Source of the DNA: Gammaproteobacteria bacterium
GTDB taxonomy: Bacteria > Pseudomonadota > Gammaproteobacteria > Pseudomonadales > Halieaceae
Direction: 5' to 3'
Assembly (NCBI GenBank): GCA_002748505.1
Contig: PDSN01000039.1
Coordinates: 1-36,130, forward strand
DNA: 36,130 bases
Every line of letters starts with the position of its first letter. The first letter of the stretch is position 1. Positions 1 to 9,048 of this stretch are shown here, one piece after another. The position numbers and the translations under genes are program-made. The notes beneath the pieces are model-generated. The model worked only from the letters and a program-made list of their open reading frames with translations. It had not been told where the DNA came from and searched no databases.

Positions 1-33
1 ACGGCATTCCCCAAATTATTCAGGATATCAAGC

Positions 34-1170
34 ATGGCGGCTATTGATTCTTTGCCACGGATTGTTTGCGTAGTGGGTGCGCGTCCCAATTTTATGAAAA
101 TCGCGCCGATTATGCGTGCCTTGCGCGCAGATGATTCCGGTTTGCGTGCGACCCTGGTACACACTGGGCAGCATTATGATCAGGCTATGAAAGCCACTTT
201 TTTTGACCAGCTTGGCATTCCTGAACCGGATGTCGATCTGGGAGTTGGCTCTGGCAGTCACGCGGCGCAAACTGCGGCAATTATGATGGCTTTTGAGCCG
301 TTGCTGGATGAAGATCGTCCCGCAGCGGTGTTGGTTGTGGGTGATGTGAATTCAACGATCGCCTGCGCGCTGGTGGCGGTAAAAAAAGCTATTCCGGTTA
401 TTCACGTTGAGGCGGGGCTTCGCAGTGGCGATCGCACTATGCCCGAAGAAATCAACCGCGTGCTGACCGACCAGATTTCTGATTTATTGTTTACCACTGA
501 GGTTAGCGCGGCGGGAAATCTGGTGCGCGAGGGTATCAGTGAGTCCAGCGTGTTTTTTGTTGGCAACGTGATGATTGATACCTTGAAATACAATTTGCCG
601 CGCGCCAAACCCGCGAGTGAGACCCTGGCAGAGGCGGGCGCATCCTTTCAGGGCGATTACGGTTTGCTGACCCTGCATCGCCCGTCCAATGTGGATGACC
701 CAGCGGTGCTTTCGCGTCTGTTAAATTACCTGCGTGGCGTGGCCGAGCAACTGCCACTGGTGTTTCCCGTTCATCCGCGCACCAAGGCACAAATAGAAAA
801 AGCTGGCTTTGAAAGCTTACTCGAACACCCCAATATTTTGTGTCTTGGCCCCCAGGCCTATCTGCAAATGCTGGGTTTAATGAAAGACGCTAAAGTGGTG
901 CTTACCGATTCCGGCGGTATTCAGGAAGAGACAACCGCGCTGGGAGTGCCCTGTTTGACCTTGCGTGAAAACACCGAGCGTCCGATCACCGTGGATCAGG
1001 GCACGAATACGGTCGTGGGGATTGATCCAGCGGTTATTGACGTTGCACTTAAAGACGTTCTTGGTAGTGGTGGTAAGTCAGGCCGGGTGCCGGCCATGTG
1101 GGATGGCCACGCGGCAGAGCGCATAGTTAAGCACCTGCGCACTTGGGTGAGTCAGCGGGGAGTGAAGTAA
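34..1170 (+). CDS. wecB: UDP-N-acetylglucosamine 2-epimerase (non-hydrolysing)
   Basis: 378-aa ORF. N-terminal IVCVVGARPNFMKIAP and C-terminal LTDSGGIQEETTALGVPCLTLRENTERP are typical WecB/MnaA epimerase motifs. AGGA lies about 9 nt upstream of the ATG. Confidence 0.9.
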   Translation: MAAIDSLPRIVCVVGARPNFMKIAPIMRALRADDSGLRATLVHTGQHYDQAMKATFFDQLGIPEPDVDLGVGSGSHAAQTAAIMMAFEPLLDEDRPAAVLVVGDVNSTIACALVAVKKAIPVIHVEAGLRSGDRTMPEEINRVLTDQISDLLFTTEVSAAGNLVREGISESSVFFVGNVMIDTLKYNLPRAKPASETLAEAGASFQGDYGLLTLHRPSNVDDPAVLSRLLNYLRGVAEQLPLVFPVHPRTKAQIEKAGFESLLEHPNILCLGPQAYLQMLGLMKDAKVVLTDSGGIQEETTALGVPCLTLRENTERPITVDQGTNTVVGIDPAVIDVALKDVLGSGGKSGRVPAMWDGHAAERIVKHLRTWVSQRGVK

Positions 1171-1204
1171 GAGAATTGGCATGGGCGAAGCTAAAGGAAC
1201 TGGC

Positions 1205-2062
1205 ATGAGCGAAACAGTAACATCAGGCGTTGTAAAGAATGCGATGTCTGTTGACGTCGAGGACTATTTTCAGGTTTCCGCTTTTGAGGACTGCGTCGAT
1301 AGGCGTGATTGGGACGGTATGGAAAGCCGTGTCGAAATAAACGTGTATCGGATTTTATCGCTGTTCGGTGAATACAATATTAAAGCGACATTTTTCACTT
1401 TGGGTTGGGTGGCGCAGCGTTATCCGCGTATGATTGAGCGCATCGTCGAAGGCGGTCACGAAGTGGCCAGTCACGGCTGGGATCACAAACGAGTAACGGA
1501 GATGACGCCTGAACAGTTCGCTGCAGATGTTGTCAAAGCCAAACAATTGCTTGAAAAATTATCCGGTCAGCAAGTTATAGGTTATCGCGCGCCGAGTTAC
1601 TCTATTGGTAGTGACAATCTCTGGGCGCAGGATGTATTGGCTGATACGGGGCATGTGTACAGCTCTTCTGTCGTGCCGGTAAAGCATGACCTGTACGGCA
1701 TGCCCGAGGCACCCCGCTTCGCCTACAAAGCCGCTGAGGGAAGGTTGTTGGAAATACCTATCACCACTGTGCCAGTTGCCGGGCGCAATATTAACTGCGG
1801 TGGCGGTGGTTGGTTTCGACTGTTTCCTTATGCGTTCACCCGCCGGGCGCTAAAAAAAGTGAATCAGCAGGAAGGGGAAAGTGCAGTGTTTTACTTTCAT
1901 CCCTGGGAAGTTGACCCCGAACAGCCGCGTATTGAAGGCGCGAGCTTTAAGTCGCGCTTTCGTCATTATTTGAATTTGCAGCGAATGGAGCCGCGTCTCG
2001 AACAGTTAATTCGCGATTTTTCCTGGGGGCGAATGGACGAGGTGTTTGTCGGCGAGCGCTGA
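1205..2062 (+). CDS. Polysaccharide deacetylase (NodB/CE4-like), XrtA/PEP-CTERM-locus subfamily
   Basis: ORF 1181-2062. AMSVDVEDYFQV near the N-terminus and HGWDH are typical of the deacetylase found in exosortase A loci. ATG 1205 has AAGGA 6 nt upstream; ATG 1181 is an alternative start. Confidence 0.8.
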   Translation: MSETVTSGVVKNAMSVDVEDYFQVSAFEDCVDRRDWDGMESRVEINVYRILSLFGEYNIKATFFTLGWVAQRYPRMIERIVEGGHEVASHGWDHKRVTEMTPEQFAADVVKAKQLLEKLSGQQVIGYRAPSYSIGSDNLWAQDVLADTGHVYSSSVVPVKHDLYGMPEAPRFAYKAAEGRLLEIPITTVPVAGRNINCGGGGWFRLFPYAFTRRALKKVNQQEGESAVFYFHPWEVDPEQPRIEGASFKSRFRHYLNLQRMEPRLEQLIRDFSWGRMDEVFVGER

Positions 2063-2156
2063 TCGATTGTCATTTTTGACGATCATAGAATACAAGCGGT
2101 AATTGGCTGGATTGAATAGCCGGTTTTTGTTGGGCCAATGGATTTGGAAATAGGGT

Positions 2157-3197
2157 ATGACCGTTAGCATCGAACAATTAGGGCAGTCTGAAAGTGAATT
2201 GGCGAGTTGGGATGACTATGTAAAAGCCGCCGAGAACGGCACATTTTTTCATTTGTCTGGCTGGCAAACCGTGCTTAAGAAAGCCTTTGGCCACAAGCCT
2301 TTTTTTCTGCTGGCAAAGCGCGAGGGGCGCATTGTTGGTGTTTTGCCATTGGCACAGGTAAGGAGTTTTCTGTTTGGTAATCATCTGGTAGCGCTACCGT
2401 TTTGTGTATACGGTGGCGTGGTGGCCGATGATGAAGAAGCTGCAAATGCGCTTCGCGAAGCGGCCTGCGCAAAAGCCATAGAACTGAATGTTGAAGCGTT
2501 GGAGATGCGCAATATAGAGGCCACGCAAAACAGTGATTGGCCGCGAAAAGACTTGTACGTCACTTTTCGTAAAGCGATTGATCCCGATCACGACGTCAAT
2601 TTAAAAGCTATCCCCAATCGTCAGCGCGCGATGATTCGCAAGGGTATTGCCAATGGCCTGGTAAGCGAACCCAGCGACGATAGCGCGCGCTTGTATCGAG
2701 TGTATTCGGAAAGTGTGCGCAATCTGGGTACGCCGGTGTTTAGCGCTCGTTATTTTAAGGTATTGCAAGAGGTTTTTGGTGATGCTTGCCGTATTTTAAT
2801 GATTACCCACGAAGGGCGTGATGTAGCGGGAGTGATGAGTTTTTATTATAAAAATGAAGTGCTGCCCTACTATGGTGGCAGTGTCGCCGCTGCGCGCTCG
2901 ATTAAAGGCACCAATGATTTTATGTATTGGGAATTGATGCGCCGCTCTTGCGATGAGGGTCTAAGCCTGTTTGATTTTGGCCGCAGTAAAAAAGGTACGG
3001 GCGCCTACAAGTTCAAAAAGAACTGGGGTTTTCCTCCGCAGGATCTGAACTACGAGTATTTTCTGGTGAAAGCGGAAAAAATGCCAGAACTCAATCCCAA
3101 CAACCCGCGCTACGAAAAACTTATCGCGATTTGGCGTAAATTGCCGCTGTCTGTGGCGAATAGGATAGGCCCACCAGTGGCCGCGTATCTCGGGTAA
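2157..3197 (+). CDS. FemAB-family protein, PEP-CTERM system-associated type (GNAT-fold aminoacyl/peptidyl transferase-like)
   Basis: 346-aa ORF. Its position between the deacetylase and the first glycosyltransferase, its length, and the C-terminal GTNDFMYWE...FDFGRS...GAYKFKKNWGF block match my recollection of the FemAB-like member of XrtA loci. Confidence 0.7.
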   Translation: MTVSIEQLGQSESELASWDDYVKAAENGTFFHLSGWQTVLKKAFGHKPFFLLAKREGRIVGVLPLAQVRSFLFGNHLVALPFCVYGGVVADDEEAANALREAACAKAIELNVEALEMRNIEATQNSDWPRKDLYVTFRKAIDPDHDVNLKAIPNRQRAMIRKGIANGLVSEPSDDSARLYRVYSESVRNLGTPVFSARYFKVLQEVFGDACRILMITHEGRDVAGVMSFYYKNEVLPYYGGSVAAARSIKGTNDFMYWELMRRSCDEGLSLFDFGRSKKGTGAYKFKKNWGFPPQDLNYEYFLVKAEKMPELNPNNPRYEKLIAIWRKLPLSVANRIGPPVAAYLG

Positions 3198-3206
3198 GGG
3201 GGGCTT

Positions 3207-4430
3207 GTGAGCGATACTGCCAAGCCCGGCCTGTTGTTTCTCTGTCATCGTTTACCGTATCCACCCAATAAAGGTGACAAAATTCGCTCATGGCATCTGC
3301 TTAAATTCCTTGCCCGGCACTATCGCGTTTATTTGGGTACGTTTATTGATGACAGCGAAGACTGGCAATATGTGAATGAGGTGCAGACGCAGTGCGCCGA
3401 GCTTAAAGTGCTGTCTTTGGAGGGGCTTGCGCCTAAGCTGCGCGGTATCGTCGGTTTGCTGACGGGACGGTCGTTATCAGAACCCTGGTATCACCTGGGT
3501 GACATGAAAAACTGGGTAGACGCCCTGGTAGAACAACAAAAAGTTACCCACGCCCTGGCGTTTTCCTCGCCCATGGCGCAGTATATTTTGCCCCACAAAA
3601 GCCTCGCCGAGCACGGCGTAATTGATATGGTCGATATCGATTCGGACAAGTGGGCGCAGTATGCCACCAAAAAGCCCTGGCCGCTTAGCGTGTTGTATCG
3701 CACCGAGGCGCGACGTCTATTCCGGTGTGAAGAAAAAATTACCCGTGGTTTAAATTATAGCTTATTTGTCTCAAGCACCGAGGCGGCGCATTTCCGACAA
3801 ATGTTGCCGGGGCTCAGCGATAAGATCGGCTATTACAATAACGGCGTTGACACCGAGTATTTTGCCCCCGCTGAGTTTGTTTCACCCTTTGCGCAGGATT
3901 CCGTACCCGTATTGGTGTTTACCGGCGCCATGGACTATTGGCCGAATGTTGATGCGGTACGGTATTTTTGTCGCGAGGTTTTACCCGCTTTGCAACAGCG
4001 TGGTGCGGTCAGTTTTTGTATTGTGGGCAGCAAGCCCGGCAAAGAGGTACAGAGTTTAGCGCAGTTACCAGGCGTAACTGTCACAGGGCGCGTTCCTGAT
4101 GTACGTCCTTATTTGGCCCATGCCGCTGCAGTGATTGCACCTATGAGGGTCGCACGAGGCGTGCAAAACAAGGTGCTGGAAGGCTTGGCAATGGACAAAC
4201 CTGTGGTCACTACCAGCCTGGGTTTGGAGGGTATTTCCGCCGTACCGGGCAAAGAAGTCCTTATTGCCGATTCACCAGAGGCATGGCTTGACTGTTTGTC
4301 ATTTATTTTTGGGGGCGATAGTGGTATCGCAAGAGGCGCGGCACGTAAGCGAGTGCTTAGCGATTTTAACTGGAATGAAACCTTGCCGGTGGTGTTGCGA
4401 GCACTAAACGGGGAGTCATTGAATGGCTGA
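3207..4430 (+). CDS. GT4-type glycosyltransferase, PEP-CTERM/EpsH1 system-associated (first sugar transferase)
   Basis: GTG start preceded by AAGGGGGG. N-terminal LLFLCHRLPYPPNKGDKIRS signature. C-terminal GT-B motif GVQNKVLEGLAMDKPVVTT. Confidence 0.8.
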   Translation: MSDTAKPGLLFLCHRLPYPPNKGDKIRSWHLLKFLARHYRVYLGTFIDDSEDWQYVNEVQTQCAELKVLSLEGLAPKLRGIVGLLTGRSLSEPWYHLGDMKNWVDALVEQQKVTHALAFSSPMAQYILPHKSLAEHGVIDMVDIDSDKWAQYATKKPWPLSVLYRTEARRLFRCEEKITRGLNYSLFVSSTEAAHFRQMLPGLSDKIGYYNNGVDTEYFAPAEFVSPFAQDSVPVLVFTGAMDYWPNVDAVRYFCREVLPALQQRGAVSFCIVGSKPGKEVQSLAQLPGVTVTGRVPDVRPYLAHAAAVIAPMRVARGVQNKVLEGLAMDKPVVTTSLGLEGISAVPGKEVLIADSPEAWLDCLSFIFGGDSGIARGAARKRVLSDFNWNETLPVVLRALNGESLNG

Positions 4431-5988
4431 AGTTCTACCGACCTTAAGTAACACCCAGGGTCGTTACTATCGTTTTGCCCTGCTGGCCTGGACGTTGATT
4501 TGCGTGCTGGCTTTTTTTAGCACCTTTGCGACAATGGTGAACACCTGGATTGTTGCAGAAACCTATACCCACGGTTTTTTGATCGTGCCGATTTCTGCGT
4601 GGTTGCTGTGGGACGGCCGCCACCGTTATTTGAATCTGCCCATAAAACCTTGTTTGTTGCCTTTGGTTCTGCTGTTTGGCGCCAGTCTGCTGTGGTTTTT
4701 AGGCACGCTGGCTGGGGTGCAAGTGGTACAACAACTTGCGGCGGTGAGTGCCTTTATTGTCGGTGTATGGCTGATTCTGGGTTATCAGATTGCCTGGCGT
4801 ATCGCTTTTGCCCTGGCGTTCTTATTATTCGCCGTGCCCATGGGGCAGGGGTTGGTGCCTCCTATGATAGACCTCACCGCCGATGCAACGGTGTGGTTGA
4901 TAAAACTGACGGGTATTCCCATTTATCGTGAAGGTACTTTTTTTTCACTGCCCACGGGTAACTGGTCGGTGGTCGCTGCCTGTAGTGGCGTGCGCTATCT
5001 TATTGCCTCGGTCACCCTGGGTTGTTTGTACGCCTATATTACCTATCGCAGCCTGAAGAAACGTTTGGCTTTTGTGGCATTGTCGATTGTCGTGCCGGTT
5101 ATTGCCAATGTGTTTCGCGCCTTCTTGATTGTGATGATCGGTCATTTCAGTAATATGGAATTAGCCACTGGCGTGGATCATTTAATATACGGCTGGATTT
5201 TCTTTGGCGTGGTGATGCTGGTGCTGTTCAGTCTGGGTGCACGTTGGCGTGACGATATGACCGACAAACCAGCCGCCGTTGAAAAGCTACCAGATAACGG
5301 TGCGGATACCAGGACTCGCAGTTTGCCGATTGTTGGGGGACTTATGCTGGTATGTGTGCTCGCCGCGCCGTTGACTATTAAAGCGATGGATCAGCGCGCA
5401 CTGCCCGAGCAACTTGTACCACTCGCCCTGCCGTCGCGTATCAACGCCTGGCATCAGGTCGATATACCCTTTTCGTGGCAGCCCTATACTGTGGGTTCCC
5501 ACGAGCAGTTGTATCAGGCGTTTTCCGATAGTGAGACGGAGGTGGCGGTATATGTCGATTACTTCCTGTATCAGCAGGAAGGTGCAGAGGTAATCGATCG
5601 GCGCAGTCGTATTGTTGAGCCGGGTCGCAAAACACCGTGGCGAAAAACTGCGGATCTGGGTCTACAACGGGCGAACAGCGAGCCGTCTTTTGTGGTGAAT
5701 ACCTATGTGCTCACCGATGACAATCAGCGTTTGTTAGTGTGGGGGTGGTTTCGTGTGGGTGATAGCGCCACACCCAGTCCGTACATGGCAAAAATACAGG
5801 ATATTAAAAGCCGTTTGCTAGTTGGCAGGCGTGATGCGGCCAAGTTGTTTGTGGCGACAGTAATTCCCAATGAAGATCAGGGTCAGCGCCATGCTGAGCA
5901 AAAATTGCAGGCATTCGCAGAGCAGGTGCTGCCGCAAGTGATGCATGCCATTGATGCTGTGTCAGGTTGGGACAGCGATGCGCAATAA
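4423..5988 (+). CDS. xrtA: Exosortase A (XrtA) fused to a C-terminal EpsI-family domain
   Basis: 521-aa polytopic membrane protein with the exosortase catalytic-type motifs VVAACSGVRYL (Cys), ANVFRAF (Arg) and MIGHFSN (His). After about residue 300 there is one more TM helix and a soluble EpsI-like domain. The ATG overlaps the upstream stop by 8 nt, and GGGGAG lies upstream. Confidence 0.85.
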   Translation: MAEVLPTLSNTQGRYYRFALLAWTLICVLAFFSTFATMVNTWIVAETYTHGFLIVPISAWLLWDGRHRYLNLPIKPCLLPLVLLFGASLLWFLGTLAGVQVVQQLAAVSAFIVGVWLILGYQIAWRIAFALAFLLFAVPMGQGLVPPMIDLTADATVWLIKLTGIPIYREGTFFSLPTGNWSVVAACSGVRYLIASVTLGCLYAYITYRSLKKRLAFVALSIVVPVIANVFRAFLIVMIGHFSNMELATGVDHLIYGWIFFGVVMLVLFSLGARWRDDMTDKPAAVEKLPDNGADTRTRSLPIVGGLMLVCVLAAPLTIKAMDQRALPEQLVPLALPSRINAWHQVDIPFSWQPYTVGSHEQLYQAFSDSETEVAVYVDYFLYQQEGAEVIDRRSRIVEPGRKTPWRKTADLGLQRANSEPSFVVNTYVLTDDNQRLLVWGWFRVGDSATPSPYMAKIQDIKSRLLVGRRDAAKLFVATVIPNEDQGQRHAEQKLQAFAEQVLPQVMHAIDAVSGWDSDAQ

Positions 5989-7105
5989 GCACGCCGAGCG
6001 CCCCCTGGTTGTGCATGTAATCTTCGAGCTGGGTACAGGTGGTTTGGAAAATGGCCTGGTCAACATTATCAATCGTATGCCTGCTTATCGTCACGCCATC
6101 GTCTGTTTAACCCACAGTGGTATTTTTGCCGAGCGTATTACCGCCGACGTGGACATCTACGAGCTTCACAAAAAGCCCGGTCACGATCTTGGCGTGTTTT
6201 GGCGATTGTGGCGCTTGTTGACGCGGCTGCGCCCCGCGATTGTTCATACCCGCAATCTTGCGCCCCTGGAAACCCAGATTTTAGGTCTGCTGATGCCGCG
6301 GGTGAAGCGTGTGCACGGTGAACACGGTCGCGATATGGATGATCTGGATGGCAGCAATCCGCGGTATCGTTTTTTGCGTCGACTACTGCGCCCACTCATT
6401 CACCGTTACATTACCGTAAGTGAGGATTTGGCGTCTTATTTACGCTGCATAATCCGTGTGCCAGAGGCTAAAATACGGCAGATATACAACGGTGTGGATA
6501 CGTGCAAATTTAGCGCTGTCAGCAAGGCTCGTGTTGATGACCTGCCGGGAAGTTTTCAGGGTGATGTCAAAATTATTGGCACCGTAGGGCGTTTGGCGGC
6601 GGTGAAAGATCAGCCAACCCTGGTTAGAGCCTTTGCCAAAATTTGCGCAGATTACCCCGCGCGCCTGCTGCTTGTCGGCGATGGCCCCAAGCGCGGTGAG
6701 CTTGAAAACACCATCGCTGAGTTGGCTATCGGCGATAAGGTATACCTGGCAGGGGATCGCACCGATGTGCCCGCACTGTTGTCGAGTATGGACGTGTTTG
6801 TATTGCCATCATTAGCAGAGGGCATATCTAACACCATACTGGAGGCCATGGCCAGTGGTTTGCCGGTGATTGCCACCGATACCGGCGGCAATCCCGAGTT
6901 GGTGCGCGATGGCGAGAATGGCCTGTTGGTGCCGGTAGGTGATGATGACGCGCTGGCCTTGGCTCTGGCTAAGCTGCTGGCGTCTGATGGGCTGGCCCGG
7001 CAAATGGGCGAGCGCGGTCGTTGGCGTGTTCTACAGGAATTTGACTGGTCGCGCACGGTGGCGCGTTATCAGGGCGTTTATGATGAGTTGCTTGAGCGGA
7101 CTTGA
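5978..7105 (+). CDS. GT4-type glycosyltransferase, PEP-CTERM/EpsH1 system-associated (second sugar transferase)
   Basis: The ORF track starts at 5945, but MRNKHAERPLVVHVIFELGTGGLENGLVN from ATG 5978 matches the usual N-terminus. E-x7-E region EGISNTILEAMASGLPVIATDTGGNPELV. Overlaps the xrtA stop by 11 nt. Confidence 0.8.
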   Translation: MRNKHAERPLVVHVIFELGTGGLENGLVNIINRMPAYRHAIVCLTHSGIFAERITADVDIYELHKKPGHDLGVFWRLWRLLTRLRPAIVHTRNLAPLETQILGLLMPRVKRVHGEHGRDMDDLDGSNPRYRFLRRLLRPLIHRYITVSEDLASYLRCIIRVPEAKIRQIYNGVDTCKFSAVSKARVDDLPGSFQGDVKIIGTVGRLAAVKDQPTLVRAFAKICADYPARLLLVGDGPKRGELENTIAELAIGDKVYLAGDRTDVPALLSSMDVFVLPSLAEGISNTILEAMASGLPVIATDTGGNPELVRDGENGLLVPVGDDDALALALAKLLASDGLARQMGERGRWRVLQEFDWSRTVARYQGVYDELLERT

Positions 7106-7140
7106 GCGATGTATTACAGAGTGTAAATTGGTAAATTAGC

Positions 7141-9039
7141 ATGTGCGGCATTTCCGGTATTTTTGATACAACAGACAGGCGTCATTTAGATCGCGACTTA
7201 CTATCGCGAATGAATGAAACTCAGTTTCACCGCGGCCCCGACGAGGGTGGTATTCACGCCGAGCCGGGCGTGGTGCTTGGGCACAGGCGTTTATCTATTA
7301 TTGATCTGTCTCATGGCCAGCAACCCATGCTCACCGACGATGGCCGCGTGTCGTTGGTGTATAACGGTGAAATCTATAATTTCCCAGAGCTGACCGAACA
7401 ATTAAAAGCCCGGGGCTACACGTTCAGAACCCGCTGTGATACAGAGGTGATTCTATACGCCTGGTGTGAGTGGGGTGTGGATTGCGTGCAGCGTTTTCGC
7501 GGTATGTTTGCCTTTGCAATTCACGATCGCGAGCGCGGCTGTTTGTTTATGGCGCGCGATCGTTTAGGCATTAAACCGCTGTTTTATTCTCTGCTGGATA
7601 ATGGTCAGTTGGTGTTTGGTTCAGAATTAAAAGTGCTTAAGGAACACCCGCAACTGCCGCGGAAATTAAATCCCACGGCAGTGGAAGAGTATTTTGCCTT
7701 TGGCTACGTGGCCGAGCCCGACACCATCTATCAGGGCGTTTACAAAATGTCGCCGGGGCATTGCCTGCTGGTCGAGCGCGGGAAGCCTTTGGGGCAGCAG
7801 CAACAGTATTGGGATATTCCCTTTGCCAGCGCAGCGCCCATGTCCGAAGAGGAAATGCAAGCCGGACTGATTGAGCGCATGCGCGAAGCGGTGGATATTC
7901 GCATGGTGGCGGAGGTGCCATTGGGTGCGTTTTTATCCGGTGGCGTCGATTCCAGCGCTGTGGTGGCGATGATGGCGCAGCTACAGGAAGACCCCGTGCA
8001 CACCTGTGCCATCGGTTTTGATGTGGATAAATTTGACGAAACCAGCTACGCGCGCCTTGTCGCGGATCGCTATAAAACTGATCACTATGAAAAAACTGTC
8101 AGCAGCGACGATTTTGATTTAATCGACAAGCTGGGTTGGTTGTATGACGAACCTTACGCCGACAGCTCCGCCATTCCCACCTATCGCGTATGCGAATTAG
8201 CGCGCAACAAAGTAGTGGTGGCGCTTTCTGGTGATGGGGGCGATGAAAACTTAGCCGGTTATCGCCGCTACCGCTGGCACATGAATGAGGAAAAACTGCG
8301 CGGCAGATTGCCGCTGGGTTTGCGCAAAGCGGTGTTTGGCCCCCTGGGTAAATACTACCCCAAGGCCGATTGGGCGCCGCGTGTGTTCAGAGCGAAAACC
8401 ACCTTTGAGTCGCTGGCCTACAATTCTGTGGAAGCCTATTTGCACTCGGTGTCGATATGCTCCGGTGCGCAGCGTCGGGCGCTTTTTTCCGATGCCCTAA
8501 AACGCGAGCTGCAAGGCTACGATGCGATTGAGGTGTTTAATCGCCACGCTGCCAACTCGCCCACCCAGGATCCGCTGTCCCTGATTCAGTATCTGGATAT
8601 GAAAACCTATCTGGTGGGCGATATCCTTACCAAGGTTGATAGAGCGAGTATGGCGCATTCTCTGGAAGTGCGTGTGCCGCTGTTAGATCACAAATTTGTG
8701 GAGTGGACCTCATCTCTACCGGCAAACGTGAAATTGCGCGGTCAGGAAGGCAAATATATTTTGAAAAAATCCCTGGAGCCACATCTGCCCAATGATGTGT
8801 TGTACCGCCCCAAAATGGGTTTTGGCGTACCCCTGGCAAACTGGTTCAGGGGGCCACTGAGACAGCGTTTGCAAGACAGCATTGTGGAGGGCGGCCTGGC
8901 GAAGACGGGTTTGTTCAATCAAAGCTATTTGGCGGAGTTGGTGAATCAACACCTATCCGGGCGGCGCGATCACAGTGCCGCGCTCTGGACCTTACTGATG
9001 TTTGACGCCACCACTTCCGGCGAGAATTTTGGATTTTAA
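7141..9039 (+). CDS. Asparagine synthase (glutamine-hydrolysing) family amidotransferase, exosortase A-associated type
   Basis: 632 aa. N-terminal MCGISGIF (Ntn Cys nucleophile), the NGEIYN glutamine-site motif and the PP-loop SGGVDSS are all present. Confidence 0.88.
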   Translation: MCGISGIFDTTDRRHLDRDLLSRMNETQFHRGPDEGGIHAEPGVVLGHRRLSIIDLSHGQQPMLTDDGRVSLVYNGEIYNFPELTEQLKARGYTFRTRCDTEVILYAWCEWGVDCVQRFRGMFAFAIHDRERGCLFMARDRLGIKPLFYSLLDNGQLVFGSELKVLKEHPQLPRKLNPTAVEEYFAFGYVAEPDTIYQGVYKMSPGHCLLVERGKPLGQQQQYWDIPFASAAPMSEEEMQAGLIERMREAVDIRMVAEVPLGAFLSGGVDSSAVVAMMAQLQEDPVHTCAIGFDVDKFDETSYARLVADRYKTDHYEKTVSSDDFDLIDKLGWLYDEPYADSSAIPTYRVCELARNKVVVALSGDGGDENLAGYRRYRWHMNEEKLRGRLPLGLRKAVFGPLGKYYPKADWAPRVFRAKTTFESLAYNSVEAYLHSVSICSGAQRRALFSDALKRELQGYDAIEVFNRHAANSPTQDPLSLIQYLDMKTYLVGDILTKVDRASMAHSLEVRVPLLDHKFVEWTSSLPANVKLRGQEGKYILKKSLEPHLPNDVLYRPKMGFGVPLANWFRGPLRQRLQDSIVEGGLAKTGLFNQSYLAELVNQHLSGRRDHSAALWTLLMFDATTSGENFGF

Positions 9040-9048
9040 GGCAGCGCT

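Noticed and set aside
2061-2130. Inverted repeats after the deacetylase gene (TGATCG-N14-CGATCA, and GGCT-N9-AGCC followed by GGTTTTTG), considered as an internal operon terminator.
   Set aside because: The stems are short (4-6 bp) with long or weak loops, and the flanking genes belong to one conserved locus. At most this is a weak attenuator, so it was not called.
4599-4931. The 110-aa alternative-frame ORF inside xrtA, and the 97-aa ORF at 3766-4059 inside the first glycosyltransferase.
   Set aside because: They are same-strand out-of-frame ORFs embedded in motif-supported genes. They have no independent start signals and their translations are low-complexity.
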